Below are positions 44,556 through 56,472 of a DNA stretch of 64,000 bases, one piece after another. Below the pieces are notes generated by a model. The model worked only from the letters and a program-made list of their open reading frames with translations. It was not told where the DNA came from and did no database searches. The position numbers and the translations under genes are program-made. The DNA lies in assembly GCA_963798975.1 (NCBI GenBank), contig CAWCVU010000004.1, forward strand, positions 20,475-84,474. The letters run 5' to 3'. This DNA is from an uncultured Gammaproteobacteria bacterium (lineage in GTDB: Bacteria; Pseudomonadota; Gammaproteobacteria; JABCZS01). The stretch's first letter is position 1, and the number at the start of each line of letters is the position of its first letter.

Positions 44556-45162
44556 TGGGCCTGCCGGTCCTTTAGAATGTCTAATGACCGAGGGTGAAGC
44601 GCCGCAACAGTCAATTACTGCTATTTTATGTCACCCACATCCCCTATTTTCCGGCACCATGAACAATAAAGTGATTACAACCTTAATGCAAACTTGCCGT
44701 GATTTAGGCATGGACAGTATTCGCTTTAATTTTCGCGGTGTGGGACTAAGTGCAGGCCAATATGACAATGGCGAAGGAGAATTACAAGACTGTTTAGCCA
44801 TTGTTGACTGGGTTAAACAACATAAACCTTCGCATAAGATTTTATTGGCCGGTTTTTCTTTTGGCGGTTGTATTGCCATGCGAGCAGCCGCTCAAATCGC
44901 GCCTATAGGCTTAATTACCATAGCACCACCCGTTGATAAAATGAACAGTCAGTCTCTTGCCCAGATCACTTGCCCCTGGATTATGATACAAGGCGAAAAA
45001 GATGAAACTGTGAGCCCACAATCAGTCTACCAATTTGTAGCACTGCGCTCTGAAAAAATTAACTTAATACGCCTACCCAATGCCGTGCATTTTTTTCATG
45101 GCCAATTAACCGTCTTGAAACAACAGCTCACTGAGGCTATTAAGAACTGTGGTATACTCTAG
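44530..45162 (+). CDS. alpha/beta-fold hydrolase (COG2945-like)
   Basis: ~210 aa with GxSxG (AGFSFGG) and a typical short alpha/beta hydrolase layout. Confidence 0.6.
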   Translation: MQSLTSFIDGPAGPLECLMTEGEAPQQSITAILCHPHPLFSGTMNNKVITTLMQTCRDLGMDSIRFNFRGVGLSAGQYDNGEGELQDCLAIVDWVKQHKPSHKILLAGFSFGGCIAMRAAAQIAPIGLITIAPPVDKMNSQSLAQITCPWIMIQGEKDETVSPQSVYQFVALRSEKINLIRLPNAVHFFHGQLTVLKQQLTEAIKNCGIL

Positions 45163-45182
45163 CGCTAAATAGGACGATCACC

Positions 45183-47779
<2,597 letters not shown>

Positions 47780-47786
47780 GAAACCT

Positions 47787-50330
47787 TTAGCGATCAAGAC
47801 GAGGGCCCACGCCCTCTTCTACAAATACTTCGGTAATATTATTCAATAGATTTGCACGCTGCGTATTCAGCCATGAAAAAATGGGTTTGGCTGATGCTGT
47901 AATACTTTCAGCGCTACGAAACAAATTAACAAACCATAAAAAAATGGCTTTAATCCCGTGATGTTCATGTAACAGGGGGTCCGGTATATCTATTTCTGCT
48001 TGCAGATCTACTGCCATGTCCTCAAGGTTTGTTTCTTTCTTAGAAAGCCCCTCTTGCAAAATAAGGCATAAATTATTCACTTTATTTAAATAAGCCAGCG
48101 CTATTTTCTTATCTTTCATATGATCAGCATAATCAATACAGGTTTGCAACGCCCGATCAATGTTTGTAAAGAAGTCAATTTTACTCGTTGAATCACTTTT
48201 CTGTGGATGCAAGAGCCCTTTTAGAATCTGAAAGTAACGGATTTGATTTGAAATATTAGTTTTATTGACTGCAATTTCTTGTTTAAATTCTTCAAATATA
48301 AATAAGTCGATTTCATGTTCAAAATCATCTTTATAGCATTCCACTTGTTCTTCAGAAAACAATTTTTCAAACTTATCTAATACCACTTCTTTGCTGACGT
48401 TAGACGCAAGCATCTCTAATGCATAGCCTTTAAAATGACAAAATAAAGAATCTTCAATATCAAAATCTCTGTAAAAGGACACTTCTTTGCGTTCCTTTTC
48501 TATTAAAATATCACTTACTATCTTGTCAGCATAAAACAATATTTCAGCCTGCTCTAGAGGTGGCAAATCATTAACATTAGATTTAATATTCAATAAAAAC
48601 CTGCCTAAAGTACGCTCAAATAAAAATCTTCTGTTATCAGAAAAGTGTGCGAGTTTTACCTCAACTCGTGCAGCGATTAAATTTAATAGCTTTTTCTCAT
48701 CAAAAGATGTCTCATTGCAAGCATGGCATATTTGCATAGCATGCTGATGAAATTTATTTTTAGCTTGAAATGTTACCCCGAAGGTATTATTAAATAATTC
48801 ATGATTAGGGGCGACGAAAGCAGCACTTAATTTATCTAATATCTCTTCCTTTCTCGCGTTACAGTCAAGCATCTCTAATGCATAATCTTTGATATCAAAG
48901 TAATAATTAAAGCACCTTTGGTTGCGTTCTTTTTCTATTAAAATATCACTTACTATCTTGTCAGCATAAAACAATATTTCAGCCTGCTCTAAAGGTGACA
49001 AATTATTAACATTGGATTTAATATTTAATAAAAATCCTTCTAAAATACGGTCAAATAAAAACCTTCTACGATCATTGAAGTGCGCCAGCTTCACATCAAC
49101 CTGCGCAGTAATTAAGTTTAATAATTTTTGCTCACCAAAGGATTTATCATCACATGCCTGGCACATTTGCATGGCATAGTGGTGAAATTTATTTTTAGCA
49201 TCAAACGAGATACCAAAGCTGGTTTGAAATAACTCAGGGTTAAAATCACAGAAAACAGCGCGCAACTTGTCTAATGCTTCAGTGATTGAATTAATGTCAA
49301 TAATACGGCTAGTGTAATATTTGTATTTATCTCCATCAGGCGCACCCTGATGCTTTTTCTGCTTTTTAATAAATTCTTCGTTGCGTATATTAATTTCTTT
49401 TAGAATATTTTCTTTATATTCTAAAAAATTATTTTTTATACTTTCTCTGAACTTGGGCGATTGAGCTAAAACTAACTTTAAAGCTTTAAATCGCCGATCG
49501 AAATGATCACTCAATTTTTCTAATTGATCTTCATCACGTATATGCGCAGAAAAACTGGCTTTCATTATACTTTTATCAAATAACAAAGCTTTAAAAAAAT
49601 ACTGGTGGACGATTTTATTAAATTCAGGTGATACACTTGCTTGATTTAATAGGGTAATATGATCTGTATATTTCTTTTTGAAAAATAACACATTCCAAGG
49701 CTTCATGAAAATTAAATTAGGAAATATTTCGATATCTACAGGATCAAGAGGAAAAGAAGCAGTAGAAGGCCAGATACCAGAAAAAGAGTCTGAAATATCA
49801 CTATTGGGCGTGCGCTTCATGAAATCAAAAGCACTCTGTCCAAAATCAATTTTTACATTTTTCTGACTGTCAATATTTCTAGGAGTGAGATCGAACTCTT
49901 CGATTAAAGGCATCAGTGCAAGATGTGCGGCTGCGGGAATGAAACACGTATTTAAAAAATCTTCTTTGGGGTTAATCTTTAAACGCGGATTATAATCCGG
50001 AATAAGTTTTGACAGCAAAGTAAGTTGTTTACCATTTGCATCAACTTTCACTCGCGTTTTAGGTGCACCATTTGAAGGGCCCAGATCACGATAGAATTCT
50101 GCCATGGCTGCCGATAGAAAAAAATCATCAGGAACGTCATCTTCACTCAAATCATCAGGCACCGTTATTTCTACATATACAGTGTCTGGTTTATCTATGC
50201 TTTCTGGTTTATTAGCATTATGTTTTTTAACGAGCTTGTATGAATAAGCCTTATCAGCGACTTGATCACCCGTTGGGGTAAACGTATAAGCATTTGGGTT
50301 GTCTAATTTATTTTCAAATCCAGGTATCAT
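47787..50330 (-). CDS. large hypothetical effector-like protein with two ~145-aa internal tandem repeats
   Basis: 847 aa with no recognisable domain. Residues ~358-500 and ~500-640 are about 65% identical (…FGISFDAKNKFHHYAMQMCQACDD… / …FGVTFQAKNKFHQHAMQICHACNE…). A 57-nt DNA string recurs at 48490 and 48927. Confidence 0.5.
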   Translation of the reverse strand: MIPGFENKLDNPNAYTFTPTGDQVADKAYSYKLVKKHNANKPESIDKPDTVYVEITVPDDLSEDDVPDDFFLSAAMAEFYRDLGPSNGAPKTRVKVDANGKQLTLLSKLIPDYNPRLKINPKEDFLNTCFIPAAAHLALMPLIEEFDLTPRNIDSQKNVKIDFGQSAFDFMKRTPNSDISDSFSGIWPSTASFPLDPVDIEIFPNLIFMKPWNVLFFKKKYTDHITLLNQASVSPEFNKIVHQYFFKALLFDKSIMKASFSAHIRDEDQLEKLSDHFDRRFKALKLVLAQSPKFRESIKNNFLEYKENILKEINIRNEEFIKKQKKHQGAPDGDKYKYYTSRIIDINSITEALDKLRAVFCDFNPELFQTSFGISFDAKNKFHHYAMQMCQACDDKSFGEQKLLNLITAQVDVKLAHFNDRRRFLFDRILEGFLLNIKSNVNNLSPLEQAEILFYADKIVSDILIEKERNQRCFNYYFDIKDYALEMLDCNARKEEILDKLSAAFVAPNHELFNNTFGVTFQAKNKFHQHAMQICHACNETSFDEKKLLNLIAARVEVKLAHFSDNRRFLFERTLGRFLLNIKSNVNDLPPLEQAEILFYADKIVSDILIEKERKEVSFYRDFDIEDSLFCHFKGYALEMLASNVSKEVVLDKFEKLFSEEQVECYKDDFEHEIDLFIFEEFKQEIAVNKTNISNQIRYFQILKGLLHPQKSDSTSKIDFFTNIDRALQTCIDYADHMKDKKIALAYLNKVNNLCLILQEGLSKKETNLEDMAVDLQAEIDIPDPLLHEHHGIKAIFLWFVNLFRSAESITASAKPIFSWLNTQRANLLNNITEVFVEEGVGPRLDR

Positions 50331-50361
50331 GCAAGCCCCGCTTAATATTTATTTTATTATC

Positions 50362-51900
50362 TTAATCTATAGGCGCACGTAAGTGGCGTGGCCGTAATCC
50401 TGTAGCCAGCAGAGTAATAAAATACCCTGCTGCGCCTAGGGTGACTAATAAGCCTAAACCCAAAACGCGTTGTTTCGTATCCAGCAATAGCCAGTCACCA
50501 AAATGATTCATTATTAACACCAGTATAGTGACCATTATCGCATTTGCGCTGAATATTTGCACGGTGAATTTAAGCCAAGGACTTTGTAGGCGAAACTGTG
50601 CGTGACGGTATAGGCGTATATATAATAATGCTGCGTTAAGTAAGGCTGATAACGTTGTTGCCAAGGCCAAACCCACATGGGCTAAATGCTGCATTAATAG
50701 TGCATTGAGGGCGACATTGACAAATAAACAAATGACGGCGATGCGCACCGGTCCCTTTACATCTTGTCTGGCATAGCAGGCGGCCGCTAAAATTTTAATA
50801 AAAATAAACATCGCTAAGCCAAAACCAAAGGCCACTAAAGCACCTTGGGATTGGATTACATCAAAAGGCGTGAATTTCCCGTATTGAAATAAAGTCGTTA
50901 ACAAAGGCCCGGCTATGACGATTAATGCGAGCGATGCTGGTATGCCGATTAAACATACACATTTTAAGGCCCAATCTAAAACGCCACGAAATGTTGTGTC
51001 ATTTTGTTTGGCATGTTGTTTAGCCAAATGTGGTAGCACGACGGTTGCCAGTGCGATGCCAAATACACCTAAAGGAAACTGCATTAAACGTTCCGCATAA
51101 TACAACCAAGAAACACTGCCTGGCGTTAAAAATGAGGCGAATATGGTCACGATTAATAAATTCACTTGCACAACCGAGGCACCAAAAACCAGGGGTGCAA
51201 TCAAAGCCAGTAAACGTTTAACCGCTGGATCACGAAAGCTAATTTTCGCGCGTGGTAATAAGTGCATATGCCATAAAAACGGTAATTGCAGCGCTAATTG
51301 TAAAATGCCGCCTAATAACACACCATAGGCCAGTGCTAATATGGGCTCTGCTAAATGACCGCTTAACCATAACGTTGTACCTATCATCGCTAAGTTTAAT
51401 AAAATCGGCGTTAATGCTGGAATGGCAAAGCGATTAAAAGTATTTAAAATGCCACTACAAAAAGCGGTGAGAGAAATAAAAAATAAATACGGCGCGGTAA
51501 TTTGTAACATTTGGCTCGCCAGGGTAAAACGCTCACCGCCGACTTCAAAACCAGGGGCAAATAAACGGATGACTAAAGGTGCACCTATCATCAGTAAACC
51601 CATCACTAAAAATACGACTAAACCTAAACTGCCTGCAACTTTATCAATAAAATTACGAATCTCGCCTGGATTTTTAGTATGGTATTCTGCCAACAGCGGC
51701 ACAAAGGCTTGTGAAAAAGCGCCTTCAGCCAAGAGGCTGCGCATAAAATTTGGGATTTTAAAGGCCACTAAAAACGCATCATAAGCAGGGCCTGCACCAA
51801 ATACTGTGGCCACTAAAATATCCCGCACAAAACCCATGATGCGTGAGAGCAGGGTCATAAACCCTACAATAGAGGCGGATTTGGTCAGTTGTTTGCTCAT
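50362..51900 (-). CDS. murJ: lipid II flippase MurJ (MviN)
   Basis: 512 aa; multi-pass membrane protein with conserved MurJ N-terminus (…SRIMGFVRDILVATVFGAG…). Confidence 0.85.
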   Translation of the reverse strand: MSKQLTKSASIVGFMTLLSRIMGFVRDILVATVFGAGPAYDAFLVAFKIPNFMRSLLAEGAFSQAFVPLLAEYHTKNPGEIRNFIDKVAGSLGLVVFLVMGLLMIGAPLVIRLFAPGFEVGGERFTLASQMLQITAPYLFFISLTAFCSGILNTFNRFAIPALTPILLNLAMIGTTLWLSGHLAEPILALAYGVLLGGILQLALQLPFLWHMHLLPRAKISFRDPAVKRLLALIAPLVFGASVVQVNLLIVTIFASFLTPGSVSWLYYAERLMQFPLGVFGIALATVVLPHLAKQHAKQNDTTFRGVLDWALKCVCLIGIPASLALIVIAGPLLTTLFQYGKFTPFDVIQSQGALVAFGFGLAMFIFIKILAAACYARQDVKGPVRIAVICLFVNVALNALLMQHLAHVGLALATTLSALLNAALLYIRLYRHAQFRLQSPWLKFTVQIFSANAIMVTILVLIMNHFGDWLLLDTKQRVLGLGLLVTLGAAGYFITLLATGLRPRHLRAPID

Positions 51901-53675
51901 GCGTAACCTTTTACATAATCTACTACACAGTTTAACACCGCATCGCCATAACGTTTTAATTTTTCATCACCAATGCCGTTTATTTGCAATAAGCCCTGTT
52001 TCGTTTCTGGCTTATGGATACAAATCTCTATCAAGGTTTTATCATGAAAAATCACAAAGGGCGGTAAGCCAGCTTGAGTCGCAATATTTTTACGTATAGC
52101 AGACAACTGGGCAAACAAAGCCTTATCATAATCCAAATGCGCCACTTTAGCTTTTTTATCGGTATGCTTTTTCTGGCGAAAAAACACCGCTTGCTTATCT
52201 TTTAGAATACTTCGGCTCAGTAAAGTCAATTGTAACAAGGGATATTCCCCTTGTGCGATCTGCAAATACCCTTGTTGAATCAAGCTTAAAATATAATGCT
52301 GTAGCTCCTTTTGCCCACATTCAGGCATTAAGGCATAAGTGGATAGGCGATCATGGCCTCGATTTAAGATATTTTTATTTTTAGATCCCCTCAATACATC
52401 TATCACATACTTCATCCCAAAACGTTCTTTGAGCCGATAAACACAGGATAAAATTTTCTGTGCAATCACTGTGCCCTCAATGACCTTCGTTTCAGACAAA
52501 CAATTATCGCAAGCATCACAATGCGCTTGATAATATTTTTCACTAAAATAATTTAATAAATCAATTCTTCGACAACGCAGTGAAGCACAAAAGCTAAACA
52601 TTTGCTCAGCCATTTTTTCTTTATGTTGCCGAACACCTAATTCAGTATGCGATTTAGCCAAATGTTTTTGCAGTAATAAATCTTGAAAATGATACAGCAT
52701 CGTACATTCTGAGGCTAAACCATCCCGCCCTGCCCTACCCATTTCTTGATAATATTGTTCAATGCTTTTAGGCATATGCGCATGAATCACATAACGAATA
52801 TTGGATTTATGCACGCCCATACCAAAGGCAACGGTCGCTACAATAATTAAGGCATCATCATTCATAAACGCACGCTGCGCACGTGAACGTTCATGTTCAG
52901 ATAAGCCTGCATGGTATTTGGTAACGCGCTTACCTTGTGCTAATAAAAAATCATGGAGCTCATCAACTGTTTTACGTGTTGCCGCATAAATAATGCCACA
53001 TTGATCCGCATGCAAAGCTATCTGTTCTAAGATTTGTTTATGCATATCTCCACGTTCAATAATACGAATTACCAAATTAGGTCTATCAAAACTGCTTTGC
53101 ACTTTATGGGGATTATTTAATAATAACTGCTCACAAATATCTTGATTAACCGTTTGTGTCGCAGTTGCCGTAAATGCAGCGATGGCTTTATTAGGGAATT
53201 GTTCTTTTAATAAATGCATGGCCCGGTATTCGGGGCGAAAATCATGTCCCCATTGGGAAATACAATGCGCTTCATCAATAACAAAAAAACTAATATTAGC
53301 GCTTTTTAAACATTGTAAAAACCGCTCTTGCACTAAACGCTCAGGTGCCACATAGATTAATTGGTATTGATTTAAATCCGCGAGGACCTCATCAATTAAC
53401 GCGAGCGCGACGCTGCTGTTAATAAAAGCTGCGCGTACGCCTTGTTGGTTTAAATACTCGACTTGATCTTGCATTAAGGCGATAAGGGGTGAAATGACTA
53501 TAGTCACACCGTCTAATAATACAGCCGGCAATTGAAAACAGAGTGATTTGCCAGCGCCCGTAGGCAGAACAGCAAAGACATCTTGTCCTTGCATAATATG
53601 ATCAACGATCTCTTCTTGATAGGGACGAAACGAATCATAGCCAAAATAGCTTTGTAATGCGCCGAGTTTATTCAT
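51897..53675 (-). CDS. recQ: ATP-dependent DNA helicase RecQ
   Basis: 592 aa with helicase motifs I (LPTGAGKSLCFQLPA) and II (DEAH), and RQC and HRDC regions. Confidence 0.9.
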   Translation of the reverse strand: MNKLGALQSYFGYDSFRPYQEEIVDHIMQGQDVFAVLPTGAGKSLCFQLPAVLLDGVTIVISPLIALMQDQVEYLNQQGVRAAFINSSVALALIDEVLADLNQYQLIYVAPERLVQERFLQCLKSANISFFVIDEAHCISQWGHDFRPEYRAMHLLKEQFPNKAIAAFTATATQTVNQDICEQLLLNNPHKVQSSFDRPNLVIRIIERGDMHKQILEQIALHADQCGIIYAATRKTVDELHDFLLAQGKRVTKYHAGLSEHERSRAQRAFMNDDALIIVATVAFGMGVHKSNIRYVIHAHMPKSIEQYYQEMGRAGRDGLASECTMLYHFQDLLLQKHLAKSHTELGVRQHKEKMAEQMFSFCASLRCRRIDLLNYFSEKYYQAHCDACDNCLSETKVIEGTVIAQKILSCVYRLKERFGMKYVIDVLRGSKNKNILNRGHDRLSTYALMPECGQKELQHYILSLIQQGYLQIAQGEYPLLQLTLLSRSILKDKQAVFFRQKKHTDKKAKVAHLDYDKALFAQLSAIRKNIATQAGLPPFVIFHDKTLIEICIHKPETKQGLLQINGIGDEKLKRYGDAVLNCVVDYVKGYA

Positions 53676-53689
53676 AAATGATACTCACG

Positions 53690-54638
53690 TTAAACCGGGG
53701 TTGCTTCACCTTCGGTTCGCAATGAAGGCGTAACATGACTTTCAGAGGTTTTTGCTAATAAAGCCAATAAATCACTCATTAGCTCAGCGATTGCTTGCGT
53801 CATTAAAATAAAATCTACATCAAATTGTTGCTCTTTACTTTGTGCATCGCCTTCTTGGCTGGATTGCAATTTATCTTGATAGTCTAAACCACGCAGTACA
53901 AATTCACTGTTCAAATTAAATGTAACACGATCTTGCCAAGTGAGCGCTAATTGTTTTACTTGGCAGCCGTCTGTTAATAAAGACTGGATGGCCGTTGCTG
54001 ATAAATTTTGTTGTTGACAGCGTATGGTGCGACTTTGTTGTGAAGGATCTTGCAAAACACAGGCTTTTTCAATAGCAAAGGTTTGCGGATAGGAATGGTG
54101 TTGCAGCCAATGCGTGAGTACATAACTTAAATCTTTTAACTCTGGCGAAATCAGCTGATGATCGGGTAATACTTTTTTCCAGCTATTTAAAAAATATCCG
54201 ATTTCTTTTGGATGCGCGGCATTTAAAATTAAACAATTGCGTTTAGTATCCACATAGGCATATATTTGTTTTAAGCGACTAAAAGCGCGTGGCAACAGCG
54301 TGGCAATAATATCAGCTTGCAGTGCTTGCTTTTCTTTATAAGGTACTTTACGGCCTTGGGTGTGCTCGATAATTTTGATGCGCTCTTGCAAAGCTTGACG
54401 CACCACGGTTGAAGGTAGAATTTTTTCTTCCACTTGTAAACATACCATCAGATAACCGTTTGCGGCATGTACGAGCGGTGCATCGAATAAGATCCATAGG
54501 TGGGATAAATCCCATACCCACTGGTAATGAAGGCAAACACGGCTCAAAGACTAAGCCTTCAAGTGCCTGTGTTAAATAATCTGCTTGATATGGAATGCCT
54601 GCTTTGAGATGAAAATATTGTATTTGTTTAAACCACAT
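53690..54638 (-). pseudogene. rdgC: recombination-associated protein RdgC with a frameshift near 54470-54500
   Basis: The N-terminal 50 aa (MWFKQIQYFHLK…GMGFIPPMD, ORF 54348..54638) and the remainder (…DAPLVHAANGYLMVCLQVEEKILPS…, ORF 53690..54547) both match RdgC, but in different frames. Confidence 0.6.
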
Positions 54639-54730
54639 GTGTTACTACTCCCTGTTAGATAGGGATTATACAAACATTATGGTCTATAGAGAAGTCCCTA
54701 CATGGAAGTTATCCATGTAGGGAGGTGGCC

Positions 54731-54913
54731 TTACCAACCTTTGTTTTCTTCACGGTCATTAGGATTATGCTTGCCGTAAGGTTTAGCAGGTTGTTTATTG
54801 GTTTTAATTGATTTTAAATTTAAAGGCTGTTTTTCAGTATTAGGCTTTAAGTTTAAAGGTTGTTTAGAAATATTAGATTTTAAATTTAATGGTTGTTTTA
54901 TAGTTTTTTTCAT
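54731..54913 (-). CDS. small ORF built from three tandem 33-bp repeats (11-aa KQPLNLK repeats); coding status uncertain
   Basis: MKKTIKQPLNLKSNISKQPLNLKPNTEKQPLNLKSIKTNKQPAK…; a GGA-rich RBS-like sequence lies upstream. The DNA repeats are imperfect copies (ttaaatttaaaggctgtttttcagtattaggct ×3). Confidence 0.3.
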   Translation of the reverse strand: MKKTIKQPLNLKSNISKQPLNLKPNTEKQPLNLKSIKTNKQPAKPYGKHNPNDREENKGW

Positions 54914-55107
54914 GATTATTCCTCACATATTATAGTTATAATTGTCGCACTACTTAATGTTAGTTTAATTCCTAATTAAGTCCAGAAAGGTCACGGCGGT
55001 AGGTCAAATATTTTTTTATAGGTTAAACCCAGGCAAGCCTTTGTGGGATTACCCTTTATAGCCGTCAATTAAGAATTTATCTTATTGTTTTTGTTAGATA
55101 AATATGA

Positions 55108-55180
55108 ATCGGATCGAAATCTACCTTCAACCAGCGGATTAAGCGTCCGACTCTCTCTCAGCTGAGCTAAAAATAAACCC
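55108..55180 (-). pseudogene. degenerate partial copy of tRNA-Lys
   Basis: A 39-nt core (ccagcggattaagcgtccgactctctctcagctgagcta) is ~90% identical to the D-arm and anticodon arm of the intact tRNA-Lys at 56381..56453. The anticodon loop has U33→G, and the T-arm and acceptor stem are not base-pairable. Confidence 0.5.
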
Positions 55181-55246
55181 ATAGACACCCATATTTTATT
55201 TTATGGATGTCATGAGTTTCAATGAGTTTCATTGTCATGTTCTAGA

Positions 55247-56038
55247 TCATGCAGGTATAGCTCTCACACAACGTACAGATGAAACTACGTCTTTATTATT
55301 ACCGCCACCTAAAAAGATATTATCTAAATCCATAAATAATGCAGAGGTGGGATCAGGGTTTGGGGCATTAATAGCAAAGCCATAACCTTCAGTAGAACTC
55401 CAATAATCCTGTAGTTGAAAATTAACAAAAAAATGAGGTTCACATGCAGTATAAGGAGAATGGCATTCATAAGGTGGTTTGGAATTAGCCCCATAGGTCA
55501 TTTGTTGTGCAACATTAAACATCTGCAAGGTTTCAAAAATGGAAGGTAGATACCAATCTTTGAATTTTCCGCCTCTATAGGTAGTACAGGCATTAAATGC
55601 AGAAGTGTTGGGTGGAGAAAATTCAGCTCTACAATCAGAATCATCATGGCTACAATAGGCTCTCTGATTAAAAAAACCACCGTAGATGTTGTAATGATCT
55701 GCACCGACAAAATCATTTAAGATGGAAGGTGCAACAGCCCAAGGTACATCCGCTGTGCGATCATTTAACATCATGGCAATTCCTTCAAAACCAGATGCAC
55801 TAGGTTTGGGATCAACATAAATAACCATGCCCCAAGGTTTATGAGAATTTACACAAACTTCGCCATTTGAACCACACAATAAATCCCCTATTTTATAAGC
55901 AGATCCTAATTGTTCTGTGGTTGCTTCTTCTTTATTTACATAACCCACCCCATCATTTTTTGCTTCTTCAGCAAAAGCAAAATTAATTTTTGCTAAAAAT
56001 ATTACTAGTAATAATGAATACATTAAAGTTTTTTTCAT
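55247..56038 (-). CDS. secreted DUF1566 (Lcl C-terminal domain)-containing protein
   Basis: The ATG at 56038 has an AAGGGA RBS. Signal peptide MKKTLMYSLLLVIFLAKINFAFA; DUF1566 hallmarks KDWYLPSIFETLQMF and C-terminal …VRCVRAIPA. Confidence 0.55.
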   Translation of the reverse strand: MKKTLMYSLLLVIFLAKINFAFAEEAKNDGVGYVNKEEATTEQLGSAYKIGDLLCGSNGEVCVNSHKPWGMVIYVDPKPSASGFEGIAMMLNDRTADVPWAVAPSILNDFVGADHYNIYGGFFNQRAYCSHDDSDCRAEFSPPNTSAFNACTTYRGGKFKDWYLPSIFETLQMFNVAQQMTYGANSKPPYECHSPYTACEPHFFVNFQLQDYWSSTEGYGFAINAPNPDPTSALFMDLDNIFLGGGNNKDVVSSVRCVRAIPA

Positions 56039-56056
56039 TTTGATATCCCTTAGTAA

Positions 56057-56371
56057 ATGATTTGCCACATGAATTATAGAACACATAATGAGACTCATCA
56101 TGATCGCGTCAATCATAAGGATTGGTATCTACCTTCCAAAGAAGAATTTGCACTATTTCTTGATGGTAGACTGAGAAGTAAAGTGAATGTTAAATTAAAT
56201 GAGGTTGGTGGTACCCAGCTGACAGATGAACATTTTGTTCATTATTGGACTTCATCACAGCAAGACCCCGTCGATGGAAAAGATATCGGTTTCTATGGGC
56301 CTCCTAGTATATACAATGAAGGGAAGGACACTGGTGGAATAGCGAGATGCATTCGAGATTTTACATATTAA
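56057..56371 (+). pseudogene. 5'-truncated DUF1566 domain remnant, convergent with and overlapping the intact DUF1566 gene
   Basis: …HKDWYLPSKEEFALFLDG…YWTSSQ…ARCIRDFTY matches the DUF1566 C-terminal half. There is no signal peptide or N-terminal region. Confidence 0.35.
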
Positions 56372-56380
56372 TTTTATTAG

Positions 56381-56453
56381 TGGGTCGTGTTGGGATCGAA
56401 CCAACGACCAGCGGATTAAGAGTCCGACGCTCTACCAGCTGAGCTAACGACCC
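56381..56453 (-). tRNA. tRNA-Lys (anticodon CUU)
   Basis: The reverse complement GGGTCGTTAGCTCAGCTGGTAGAGCGTCGGACTCTTAATCCGCTGGTCGTTGGTTCGATCCCAACACGACCCA folds as a canonical cloverleaf: 7-bp acceptor stem, D-arm GCTC/GAGC, anticodon loop CUCUUAA, T-loop TTCGATC. CCA is not encoded. Confidence 0.85.
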
Positions 56454-56472
56454 GATGATGTCTCATTATAAC

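Noticed and set aside
51030..51784. Several 60-120-aa plus-strand ORFs inside murJ
   Set aside because: They are antisense shadow ORFs in a confidently assigned 512-aa MurJ gene.
54770..54900. Checked whether the 33-bp tandem repeats could be a CRISPR array
   Set aside because: The repeats are directly adjacent with no spacers, imperfect, only three copies, and with no cas genes nearby. Regularly spaced repeats were not seen elsewhere in the window either.
55108..55180. Considered calling this a second functional tRNA-Lys
   Set aside because: The acceptor and T stems cannot base-pair and U33 is mutated, so it is reported as a remnant or pseudogene instead.
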